Under the pieces are notes generated by a model. The model ran no database searches and was not told the DNA's origin. It saw nothing but the letters and a program-made list of their open reading frames with translations. From Methylorubrum extorquens (GTDB lineage Bacteria > Pseudomonadota > Alphaproteobacteria > Rhizobiales > Beijerinckiaceae), in contig LT962688.1 of the NCBI GenBank assembly GCA_900234795.1, positions 360,001 through 392,000 of the forward strand: a stretch of DNA of 32,000 nt, read 5' to 3'. Numbering within the stretch: position 1 is the stretch's first letter; each line of letters starts with the position of its first letter. The translations under genes were made by a program, and so were the position numbers. Positions 15,046 through 25,251 of the stretch are shown here, in pieces.

Positions 15046-16809
15046 TCAGCCCCGCCCGCCGACGAGGCCGGGCGGCATTGGCACCGGCTCGCTCTCCGGC
15101 CCACGGGCGGGCGGCGCGGCTTTCCGGGCCTGCGGTTTCGGCGGAGCGGGCAGGGCGGTTGCGGGCGCCGGAACGGGCGCGGCTCCGACCGGTGCGGGCT
15201 TGGCCGCCGCCGGCTTGACGGGTGCACCCTGCGCCGTGGGCGGCAGGGGACGCGGCGCGGCGACGCCCGGTGCGGCCGGGCGGGGTGCCGGCGCCGCGCG
15301 GGGCGTGATGGCACCGGTGGTCGTCACGTCGGGGGCGGGCGGCGTCGCCGCGGCCGGCGCGGGTGGCGTGTCGAGGCCGTAGATGTCGTCGCGGAAATGC
15401 ACCCGGCCGTCCGAGGTCGCGTAGCCGGTCATGTAGACGAAGGCGACCGGCGTCGGCTTCACAAGCTTCACATCGCGCCGCTCACCAACGGCGATGGCGG
15501 TCTCGATCTCGATCGGGCCCCAAGCGGAGCCCGACCCGTTCGGTCCCTCAGTGCCCTGAAGCAGCCAAGCGGCGAACTCCTTCACCTGACCGACGCGCAC
15601 GCAGCCATGCGAGTGGAAGCGCACCGAACCGGCGAACAGCGACTTCGACGGGGTGTCGTGCATGTAGATCGCGTGGCGGTTCGGCATGTCGATGCGCACT
15701 TGGCCCAGCGAGTTGTCGAGGCCGGAATCCTGGCGCAGCGTGTAGTTGGTGGCCTTCTGCGTGTTCCAGTCGATCGCATTCGGATCGACCTCGACGCCGC
15801 CGGGGCCGAGGATGCGGATGCGGTTCTTGGTGAGATAGCCCGGATTCTTGCGCATCGTCGGGATGATCTCGTTCTTGATCACCGAGACGGGCACGGTCCA
15901 GGTCGGATTGAGGTTCACATCGGTGATGCGGGTCTCGACCGCGGGCGTCTGCTTGTCGGGCGAGCCGACCACGGCGACGTAGCGGCGGGTGACCGCGCCG
16001 TTCTCCACCGCCTCCACAGTGGCGGAGGGGATGTTCACGGTCACGTAGCGTTCGCCGAAGCCGAAGCTCGACCCCATCAGCCGCTGCGCCGAGGCGCGCA
16101 ATTGCCGCTGCCGCACGTCGGCCGGCACGTTGAGGGCGTTCAGCGTCAGCCGGCCGAAGATGCCGGCATCCGGCAGGCCGTGGCGGGCCTGGAACGACTT
16201 CACGGCCGCCACCAGCGGCGGATCGAAGCGGTCGGACGGCGGCGCGTCGGCGGGAAGGTCGCCGGTCAGGGTGAGGTGATGGCGCAGCGAGGGGATGGCA
16301 GCGTGGCTGTCGCCGGGCTTCGGGGCGAAGTCGGCGGGCAGCGTCTTCCAGCCGCCGGCCTCGGCGTAGACCTGGTAGCGCTCGGCGGCGCGCATCGTGT
16401 CGACGAAGGTCTGCGCGGTGTAGCTCGGCAGCGGATCCTCGGACACGCGGGCATAGACGACCGGCGGCAATTCCCGCGACACCTTCTTGGCCGGGGGTGC
16501 GTCGGCCGGAACCGCCACCGTGTCGGCGGTCGGGCGCTCCAGTTTCGGCGCTGTTTTCGGGTCAGGCTTCGGATCGAGCTTCGAGTCGACTTTGGGCTCC
16601 GGCTTCGGATCGGCCCTCAGCTCGCGCTTCGGCTCCGGCGCGGCCTCGGCCTTCGGCTCGATCCGCAGGTTGATCCGCGAATCGGGCTGCGGATCCGGGA
16701 CGGGCTCTGCCCGGAGCGGGGCGGCGAGCAATAGGGCGAGGGCGGCTCCGGTGCCGCCGATGAGCCGGGCGCGGCGGGGCCTGCGCAGGGCGGGGATAAC
16801 ATTCGGCAT
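15046..16809 (-). CDS. YcbB/LdtD-type L,D-transpeptidase with a PG-binding domain and low-complexity termini
   Basis: The PG_binding_1-like region is LVAAVKSFQARHGLPDAGIFGRLTLNALN. The YkuD catalytic region is IDMPNRHAIYMHDTPSKSLFAGSVRFHSHGCVRV. The signal peptide MPNVIPALRRPRRARLIGGTGAALALLLAAPLRA starts at ATG 16809; the ORF is open to 16902. Confidence 0.85.
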   Translation of the reverse strand: MPNVIPALRRPRRARLIGGTGAALALLLAAPLRAEPVPDPQPDSRINLRIEPKAEAAPEPKRELRADPKPEPKVDSKLDPKPDPKTAPKLERPTADTVAVPADAPPAKKVSRELPPVVYARVSEDPLPSYTAQTFVDTMRAAERYQVYAEAGGWKTLPADFAPKPGDSHAAIPSLRHHLTLTGDLPADAPPSDRFDPPLVAAVKSFQARHGLPDAGIFGRLTLNALNVPADVRQRQLRASAQRLMGSSFGFGERYVTVNIPSATVEAVENGAVTRRYVAVVGSPDKQTPAVETRITDVNLNPTWTVPVSVIKNEIIPTMRKNPGYLTKNRIRILGPGGVEVDPNAIDWNTQKATNYTLRQDSGLDNSLGQVRIDMPNRHAIYMHDTPSKSLFAGSVRFHSHGCVRVGQVKEFAAWLLQGTEGPNGSGSAWGPIEIETAIAVGERRDVKLVKPTPVAFVYMTGYATSDGRVHFRDDIYGLDTPPAPAAATPPAPDVTTTGAITPRAAPAPRPAAPGVAAPRPLPPTAQGAPVKPAAAKPAPVGAAPVPAPATALPAPPKPQARKAAPPARGPESEPVPMPPGLVGGRG

Positions 16810-17264
16810 CGCGGATCTCATCGGGTGCACGGCCCGATCATCGGCGGGGTTGGTTACCAACTCGCTCACCGCCTCGCCCACGGCGTGTGCCGAAGCACGC
16901 AAGCCATGCCAGATCAGACCGCATGGCGATCGCTCGAAGCCGCGTGAGCGGACTTACGGCGCGAAGTGCGCCGCGCGGAGCGGGGCTTTTGGGGCGTCAG
17001 CCCCGGAAAGTTTCGAGCGGAGCGAAGCATAAGCCCGCGGGGGCGGGCGCCGGCGACTGAGACCAGCCAGAAACCAGGGTGATCGCGTTCGAGCGATTGC
17101 CCTGGAGCGGACTGATCTGCCGCGGTGGTGCGGGCGTGCAGGATGTGCAAAACGCGAGGTTGGAATCCCTCACGAGACGCCCCGCCGCCGGCCGTTTCCC
17201 CTCGGGGCGACGGCGCAGCGGGCGTTTTGCGAGAGCCATTCGGCCGACGCCCCGCGAGACCCCC

Positions 17265-18327
<1,063 letters not shown>

Positions 18328-18335
<8 letters not shown>

Positions 18336-19269
18336 GGGCCGAAGCCCCGTTTCCGTCACGCGACGGACGGTGCTGATCGGGCTCGGCGCGACGGCGCTGA
18401 CCGGGGCGGGGACGGGCGCCTATGCAGTCGGCATCGAGCCGATGCGGCTCGCGGTGACGCGCTACCGCTTGAAGCCGATCGGCCCCTGGCCGGAGGGCCT
18501 GACCCTGCGGATCGTCGCGCTGGCCGACATCCATGCCTGCGAGCCCTGGATGTCGACCGCGCGCATCGCCGGCATCGTCGCGGCAGCCAACGCCCTCCAG
18601 GGCGACGTGATCGTGCTGCTCGGTGACTACGTCGCCGGCATGCGGGTCGTCACGCGCTACGTGGACGCCGCCGAGTGGGCGCCCGTGCTCGGACAACTCG
18701 CGGCACCGCTCGGCACCTACGCTATCCTCGGCAATCACGATTGGTGGGAGGACAAGACGGCGCAGGCCCGTGGTGCCGGCCCGACGATCGCGGGCGAGGC
18801 GCTTCGGCGCGTCGGTATCCCCGTGCTGGAGAACGACGCGCTGCCGCTCTCGGTCAAAGGTCACACGGTCTGGCTCGCCGGCCTCGGCGACCAGCTCGCG
18901 CTCCTGCCGGGTCGCAAGCGCCATGGCCACCCCCGCATCGGCCTCGACGACCTGACCGGCACGCTGGCGAAGATCCCCGACGGCGCGCCCGCGATCCTGC
19001 TGGCACACGAGCCCGACATCTTTCCGCAGGTGCCGCCGCGGATCGCGCTCACGCTCTCGGGCCATACCCATGGCGGACAGGTGCGCCTGTTCGGCCGCTC
19101 TCCCGTCGTCCCCTCCCGCTACGGCAACCGCTTCGCCTACGGCCATGTCCGCGAGCAGGCGGATCTCATCACCTCGGGCGGGCTCGGCACGAGCATCGCG
19201 CCGGTCCGCTTCGGCGTGCCGCCGGAGATCGTCGTGGTCGAGCTTGGAGACCAGAACGCGGAGCGCTGA
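18328..19269 (+). CDS. Tat-signal metallophosphoesterase (calcineurin-like)
   Basis: ATG 18328 overlaps the ruvB stop (ATGCGTGA). The twin-arginine signal is [24 protein letters not shown]. Metallophosphoesterase motifs are [21 protein letters not shown] and SGHTHGGQ. Confidence 0.85.
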
Positions 19270-19574
19270 AGCATGCATCGAGCGCATATCATCTGCGTCA
19301 TAATCGACGAAAACGTCGGCGTATTTTAATCGTTTTAAACTGTAACGGGGACCGGCAGCACGACGCCAATAGACAGCAAACCATTGTTACAAAACAATTT
19401 AGTTAAGATCTGTCGACCCTTCCAGCGGCAATCCGGCGCATCCGCGGTTCTTGATGGCGTAACCGGCGCTATGCGGAACAGGCGTGCATCGGACAAGTTG
19501 AGGGCCCGACCACGCTCTTCGGGAGCGCCGGCCCAACGAATGATTCCAGCACGACCTTCAAGGAACCCTCCGCC

Positions 19575-20291
19575 ATGAAGACGACCGTCCTGGCCGCCCT
19601 CGGCCTGTCCGTCGCTGCCCTCGCCACGCCCGCCCTGGCTCAGGACGCCCTGCCGCTGCGCATCGGCGGCGACGCACCGATCGGGCGCGCCGGAACCGAT
19701 ACCCGCGACTTCCGCGCCGAGGCCCTGCGCTCGGATGCCACCAGCATCGAAGCCAGCCGGATCGCCCTGGAGCGCTCCCGTAACCCGCATGTGCGCAACT
19801 ACGCCAACCGGATTCTGGTCGAGCGTCAGGCCACCACGCGGGCCTTGCTGCCCGAGGGCACGTCGCTGACCGCCAGCGGGCGCGTCGTCTCCGACCAGCA
19901 GGGTATCCCCACCCGCCTCGACAACCCGATCGGCGTGGTGCTGGCCCCAGTGACGCTGGCCGCCAACATCGGCACCGGCATCGTCGGCGGCGTGCTCGGC
20001 GGCGTCGGCCTGATCGACAACAGCCCGGGCGAGCCCGGCCGTCGCGTCGCCCTTGGCCCGAACGGCCAGCAGCGCCTCGAGCGCCTGCGTTCGGCCCGCT
20101 CGGCCCGCGACTTCGACCGGGCCTATGTCAGCGGACAGGCGCGCTCGGATGCCCGCACGCTCGCGCTCTACGGCACCTATGCCCGCAACGGCGACAGCGT
20201 CGCCGGCCGCACCTTCGCCAACGAGGCGCTGCCCTACATCGCCGACGAGCACGCCCACTCGGCCACCCTCGCGAACCGCATCGGCGGCTGA
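19575..20291 (+). CDS. Secreted DUF4142-like protein with an internal Gly-rich hydrophobic insert
   Basis: The Sec signal is MKTTVLAALGLSVAALATPALAQD. The two halves (DFRAEALRSDATSIEASRIALERSRNPHVRNYANRIL and RDFDRAYVSGQ...FANEALPYIADEHAHSATL) resemble DUF4142. This assignment is from memory only. Confidence 0.6.
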   Translation: MKTTVLAALGLSVAALATPALAQDALPLRIGGDAPIGRAGTDTRDFRAEALRSDATSIEASRIALERSRNPHVRNYANRILVERQATTRALLPEGTSLTASGRVVSDQQGIPTRLDNPIGVVLAPVTLAANIGTGIVGGVLGGVGLIDNSPGEPGRRVALGPNGQQRLERLRSARSARDFDRAYVSGQARSDARTLALYGTYARNGDSVAGRTFANEALPYIADEHAHSATLANRIGG

Positions 20292-20315
20292 TCGACCCGA
20301 ACCCGACTGTCTTGC

Positions 20316-20349
20316 AGGGCCGCCCTCGAAAGGGGCGGCCCTTGCCGTT
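20316..20349 (+). terminator. Probable terminator after the DUF4142-like gene
   Basis: Perfect 10-bp stem agggccgccc (20316-20325) / gggcggccct (20333-20342) with loop tcgaaag, followed by tgccgtt, which is only a weak U-tract. Confidence 0.55.
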
Positions 20350-20431
20350 CGAGGCAGCGTTGCCGATGTCGAGACGGCCCGCCGGAAAGGGCGCCGCCCG
20401 ACCTCTCGCCACCCATGACGAGACCCGCTAA

Positions 20432-20893
20432 ATGACGGGATCCCCACGAACCCGGATGTCCATGGATCCGACCACAGGCGCCGATGCGCACCGCCTTCCG
20501 CTGCGCATCTACTACGAGGACACCGATTTCTCGGGCTTCGTCTATCACGCGAGCTACCTGCGCTTCATGGAGCGGGGCCGCACCGAACTGCTGCGCACGC
20601 TCGCGGGCGACCAGTCCGAGATGCACGCAGAGGGCACAGGGCTCGTCTTCGTCGTGCGGAAGATGACCCTCGACTTCCTCAAGCCCGCGCGCATGGACGA
20701 TTGGATCGAGGTTCACACCCGGTCGAGCGAGCTGCGCGGCGCCTCGATGCACCTCGCCCAGGAGGTGCGCCGCGGCGACGAGGTGCTGGTGCGGGCCGAT
20801 GTCGTGGTCGCCTGCGTCAGAGACGGGCGGGCGATCCGCCTGCCCGAAGGACTGCGCCGGGCCCTGACGCCGGCCGGTCTCAGATCCGCCTGA
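20432..20893 (+). CDS. ybgC: Tol-Pal-associated acyl-CoA thioesterase YbgC (4HBT fold)
   Basis: The hot-dog thioesterase signature is [36 protein letters not shown]. The start is uncertain: 20432, 20456 or 20462. Confidence 0.85.
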   Translation: MTGSPRTRMSMDPTTGADAHRLPLRIYYEDTDFSGFVYHASYLRFMERGRTELLRTLAGDQSEMHAEGTGLVFVVRKMTLDFLKPARMDDWIEVHTRSSELRGASMHLAQEVRRGDEVLVRADVVVACVRDGRAIRLPEGLRRALTPAGLRSA

Positions 20894-22142
20894 CCTCGAC
20901 CAGGAATTCCTGAACCGCCCGCGTCACCTGCTCCATCTGCTGATCGAGGATCGTCGTCGCGGAAAGAACTGAGCGGGCCGAGCCGGCCGAGGTCTCGGCC
21001 GTGGTGGCGACCTGGGCGATGCTGCCCCCGACGAGCCCGGTGCGATCGGCCGCCTCGCGGGCGCTCCGGCTGATCTCGCCGGCCGTAGCCGACTGCTCCT
21101 CGACCGCGGCGGCAATGGTGGTGGCGCCGTCGTCGAGGCCGCGGATCACCCCGGAAATCCGCTCGATGGCCGCAACCGTCTGGGCGGTCGCCGCCTGGAT
21201 CAGCCCGATATGCTGAGCGATCTCGCCGGTGGCCCGCACAGTCTGGCCGGCGAGCACCTTGACCTCGGTTGCCACCACGGCGAAGCCCCGTCCGGCCTCG
21301 CCGGCCCGGGCCGCCTCGATGGTGGCATTGAGGGCGAGCAGGTTGGTCTGGCTGGCGATCGAGCTGATCAGACCGACGACCTCGCCGATGCGTTGCGACG
21401 TCTCGGAAAGCGCCTTGACGCTCTCCATGGCGGCGCCGGCCTCGTTCACCGCCTGTCCGGTCGCCGCGCTGGAGCGGTTGACCTGCCGGGTGATCTCGCC
21501 GTTCGAGGCGGTTAGTTCCTCGACGGCGGCGGCGACGGATTGGACGTTCACCGTCGTGTCGGTCGCGCCGGTGGCGGCGCTGTCCGCCGCGCGGGAGGTC
21601 GCATCGGTCGCCGAGAGGACGCGCTCGGCCGCCCCGCGCATCGCGCCCGTGGCCGCGGTGGCCTCACCGAGAGCGGTTCGGACGGCGGCGTCGAAGCTGG
21701 CGATGGATTCGGTGAAGGGCGTTACGTCAGCCCAGGACAACACGGCGGCAATGTAGCGGCCGGCCGTGTCGCGGACCGGGGAGACGTGAAGGTCGAGCGT
21801 CTTCGGTCCGAGCCGGATCTTGGTGCGCCAGGGCAGGCGCGTGGGATCGGCGACGATGCTGCGCTGGTGCGCCGGGTTCTTATGGAACACGTCCATGTTG
21901 AGGCCCACCATGGCGTCCGGATTGACGGAAGCCGGCAGATGCTCGCGCAGGCTGCGCAGTGTTTCGATGCTGCGTTGGTTCGCGAAGGTGATGGTCGCCT
22001 CCGTCGGGTGGAGGACGAGAACGTTGACCGGGAGCGCGTTCAGAACGGCCGCGTAATCAACGGCAAGTGTGTTTGCATGCTCCCGCGGCTGTAGCGCGGC
22101 CGCTTGGGATGCCCGTCGCCGGAGGATCATGGGAAAAAACAC
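20880..22142 (-). CDS. Soluble methyl-accepting chemotaxis protein with an N-terminal PAS-like domain
   Basis: The conserved MCP signalling hairpin is [34 protein letters not shown]. The N-terminal part ([24 protein letters not shown]...[14 protein letters not shown]) is PAS-like. No TM segment is visible. The start is GTG 22142 or ATG 22130. The 3' end overlaps ybgC by 14 nt. Confidence 0.9.
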   Translation of the reverse strand: MFFPMILRRRASQAAALQPREHANTLAVDYAAVLNALPVNVLVLHPTEATITFANQRSIETLRSLREHLPASVNPDAMVGLNMDVFHKNPAHQRSIVADPTRLPWRTKIRLGPKTLDLHVSPVRDTAGRYIAAVLSWADVTPFTESIASFDAAVRTALGEATAATGAMRGAAERVLSATDATSRAADSAATGATDTTVNVQSVAAAVEELTASNGEITRQVNRSSAATGQAVNEAGAAMESVKALSETSQRIGEVVGLISSIASQTNLLALNATIEAARAGEAGRGFAVVATEVKVLAGQTVRATGEIAQHIGLIQAATAQTVAAIERISGVIRGLDDGATTIAAAVEEQSATAGEISRSAREAADRTGLVGGSIAQVATTAETSAGSARSVLSATTILDQQMEQVTRAVQEFLVEVRRI

Positions 22143-22569
22143 CTGCTCGCTTGAGGGCCGAAGCGGCCCGTTTCGACAAGAGATAGCCTTACATATGTTG
22201 GTTTAAGAACGGTGAAGGACACAACAAAAGTAAACATTCGTTGCCATAGGGCGGCCAAGTAGAAAAATGCCGCTGACGTCTATTTCAAGTTTTTTGCCGA
22301 TCTCAGATGCGCTCACCGGCTTCGACAGTCTTCACCGAGCGTTTCTCGAAGCCGGCGCAGAGCGGCTGCGACAACGATTTCTTAACCATGCCACGGGCTT
22401 AGAATCAGGCGTGGGACGGCTCGCATGGCACCGCGGAACGGGTGGAGCGGGACTGACCCCGACCCTTACTTTCGACAGATTCCCGAGTGATCTCAAACGC
22501 TATCGCTCAAAGGATCAGTCGGCAGTCCGGTGCGCCTCGGCGCGGCCCTGACGACGCGAGGATCGTTCG

Positions 22570-23286
<717 letters not shown>

Positions 23287-23335
23287 GCGTCTGAAGCAGA
23301 TCGAGAGCGGGAGCTGAATCGATGGGCAAGACGCG

Positions 23336-23785
23336 ATGGGCATGACGCACGGCGCGGCACAGGGCGGCGGCAAGCGCCGCCGCCGCGGACGGCGCGGACA
23401 CGGCGCCATCAACGAAATCAACATGACGCCGTTCATCGACGTCGTGCTCGTGCTGCTGATCGTCTTCATGGTCGCGGCCCCGATGATGACGGTCGGCGTG
23501 CCCCTCGACCTGCCGCAATCGAAGGCGAGCCCGCTCAATTCCGACGTCAAGCCGATCACGATCTCGATCCGCCGCACGGGCGAGGTCTATCTCGGTGAGG
23601 TCGAGCTTAAGGACGACGACATCGTGCCCCAGCTCATGCAGACCTCCAAGACCGGCACTGAGGAGCGGGTGTTCGTGCGCGGCGACAAGCGCGTCGATTA
23701 CGGGCGCGTGGCCCAGGTGATGGCGATCGTGACCGGCGGCGGCTTCAAGAAGGTCGCCCTCGTCACCGAGCCGGAAGCGAATTAG
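23336..23785 (+). CDS. tolR: Tol-Pal system protein TolR (ExbD family)
   Basis: INEINMTPFIDVVLVLLIVFMVAAPMMTVGVPLDLPQS...VFVRGDKRVDYGRVAQVM. The start is ATG 23336 or 23342. Confidence 0.9.
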   Translation: MGMTHGAAQGGGKRRRRGRRGHGAINEINMTPFIDVVLVLLIVFMVAAPMMTVGVPLDLPQSKASPLNSDVKPITISIRRTGEVYLGEVELKDDDIVPQLMQTSKTGTEERVFVRGDKRVDYGRVAQVMAIVTGGGFKKVALVTEPEAN

Positions 23786-23799
23786 CGGAGCAAGGCACC

Positions 23800-25173
23800 G
23801 TGGCTCTGCGCTGGCCCACTTCCCTCACCGAGTCTTTTCGAAATCGCGAACCCGGCGTCTGGATCTCGGCCGCGGTCCATGCCGTCGTGCTGGGCGCCGC
23901 CCTGTTCGTCGTCGCCGCGCCGGTCCTGCCGGAAGGGGAGGAGGGCGTGCCGGTCGAGGTGCTGACCGAGCAGCAATTCTCCGAATTGACCCGTGGCGAG
24001 CTTAACGCGGAAAAGCCCGAGAACAAGCCGAACCGCGCCGATCGCGTGGCGGAAAAGCAGGAGCAGCGCGAGCCCGAGAACGCCAAGACCGACGCGCCGG
24101 CCGCGCCCACCCGCACCGCCGATACCCGGCTCGCCGCCGTCGATGCGATGCCGCTGCGGGCCGACACCGCCGACCCGGTGAAGGAAGAGGCGGAGGCCGC
24201 CGCGGCCAAGGCGGAAGCCGCCAAGGCCGAAGCCGAGAAGGCGGCCGCAGCCAAGGCCGCCGAGGCGAAGGCCAAGGCCGAGGTCAAAGCGAAGGCGGAT
24301 GCCGCCGCCAAGGCCGAAGCGGCGAAGGCTGAGGCTGCGAAGGCGGCCGAAGCGAAGGCGGCCGCCGCAAAGGCGGAGGCCGAGAAGCGCGAAGAATTGC
24401 AGAAGCTGGTCGAGCACGAACAGGCGGAGGCCGAAGCCGCGGCCAAGGCCGCCGAGGCGAAGGCCAAGGCGCGCGCCGAGGCCAAGGCGAAGGCCGACGC
24501 TAAGGCAAAAGCAGAGGCCAAGGCCGAGGCGGAAGCCGAAGCGAAGGCCAAGGCCGAAGCGGCCGCCAAAGCCGAGGCAGAGGCCGAGCACCGCAAGCAG
24601 GTCGCCGAAGCCAAAGCGGACGCCGATGCGAAGGCAAAAGCCGAAGCCGCCGCGAAAGCCAAGGCCAAGGCGATGGCCGACGCAAGAGCGAAGGCTGATG
24701 CCGAGGCCAAGGCGCGCCAGCAGGCGGAACTCGCCAACAGGACCAGCCCGGGCGACAGCCGCGAGACGCAAACCCGCGCCGCCTCGCAATCGACCGGCTC
24801 GACCGGCCGCGAAGTGCAGCGCACGGCCTCGCTCGGCACGGCCTCCGGCACCGCCCAGCGCCTGTCGCCGTCGTTGCGCGGCGCTCTCGTGGGCATGCTG
24901 CAACAGCAGATCGAGCGGTGCTACTCGGCGCCGCCCGGCGCGACGCAGGGCGTGGTGCTGCCGATGCTCGACATCCGCCTCAACCCGGACGGATCGCTCA
25001 CCACCGAGCCGCGGGTCATGCGCGCGGGCAACAACTCGGTCGATCAGTCGATCGCCCAGGCGGCGCTGCGGGCGGTGCGGCGCTGCGCACCCTTCAAGAT
25101 TCCGGCCCAGTACGCGCCGTATTACAACGACTGGAAGGCCATCAACGCCGAGTTCGAGTTCTCGCCCGTGTGA
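23800..25173 (+). CDS. tolA: Tol-Pal system protein TolA
   Basis: GTG 23800 has GGAG 9 nt upstream. The protein has one N-terminal TM helix (WISAAVHAVVLGAALFVVAA), a long Ala/Lys/Glu domain II, and a C-terminal TolA domain III (CYSAPPGA...LNPDGSL...AALRAVRRCAPF). Confidence 0.85.
   Translation: MALRWPTSLTESFRNREPGVWISAAVHAVVLGAALFVVAAPVLPEGEEGVPVEVLTEQQFSELTRGELNAEKPENKPNRADRVAEKQEQREPENAKTDAPAAPTRTADTRLAAVDAMPLRADTADPVKEEAEAAAAKAEAAKAEAEKAAAAKAAEAKAKAEVKAKADAAAKAEAAKAEAAKAAEAKAAAAKAEAEKREELQKLVEHEQAEAEAAAKAAEAKAKARAEAKAKADAKAKAEAKAEAEAEAKAKAEAAAKAEAEAEHRKQVAEAKADADAKAKAEAAAKAKAKAMADARAKADAEAKARQQAELANRTSPGDSRETQTRAASQSTGSTGREVQRTASLGTASGTAQRLSPSLRGALVGMLQQQIERCYSAPPGATQGVVLPMLDIRLNPDGSLTTEPRVMRAGNNSVDQSIAQAALRAVRRCAPFKIPAQYAPYYNDWKAINAEFEFSPV
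24184..24732 (+). repeat. Coding low-complexity tract (TolA domain II, about 183 codons that are almost entirely A/K/E)
   Basis: The DNA is degenerate gcc-aag-gcc-gag-type repeats. The protein reads EEAEAAAAKAEAAKAEAEKAAAAKAAEAKAKAEVKAKADAAAKAEA.... Confidence 0.7.
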
Positions 25174-25251
25174 TCCGCCGGCTCGACCCGCCGATCCACC
25201 GCGTCATCGGCCTTTCTGTCTCGCATTCCCCGAACGACCTGGACTTGTCCC

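Noticed and set aside
15016-16734. 572-aa plus-strand ORF opposite the L,D-transpeptidase
   Set aside because: The translation is Arg/Gly-rich. The minus-strand frame carries the PG-binding and HSHGCVRV catalytic motifs.
19335-20447. 370-aa minus-strand ORF opposite the DUF4142-like gene
   Set aside because: No signal peptide or domain, and a Gly/Arg/Ala-rich translation. The plus-strand frame has a clean Sec signal and a terminator hairpin after its stop.
23322-23345. ATG 8 nt after a GGGAG upstream of tolR, opening an 8-codon ORF in another frame (MGKTRWA*)
   Set aside because: It terminates almost immediately. The tolR frame from ATG 23336 gives the canonical ExbD/TolR N-terminus, so no frameshift needs to be invoked.
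24184-24732. Repetitive DNA considered as a CRISPR array or non-coding tandem repeat
   Set aside because: There is no repeat-spacer architecture. It lies in frame within tolA and encodes the expected helical linker.
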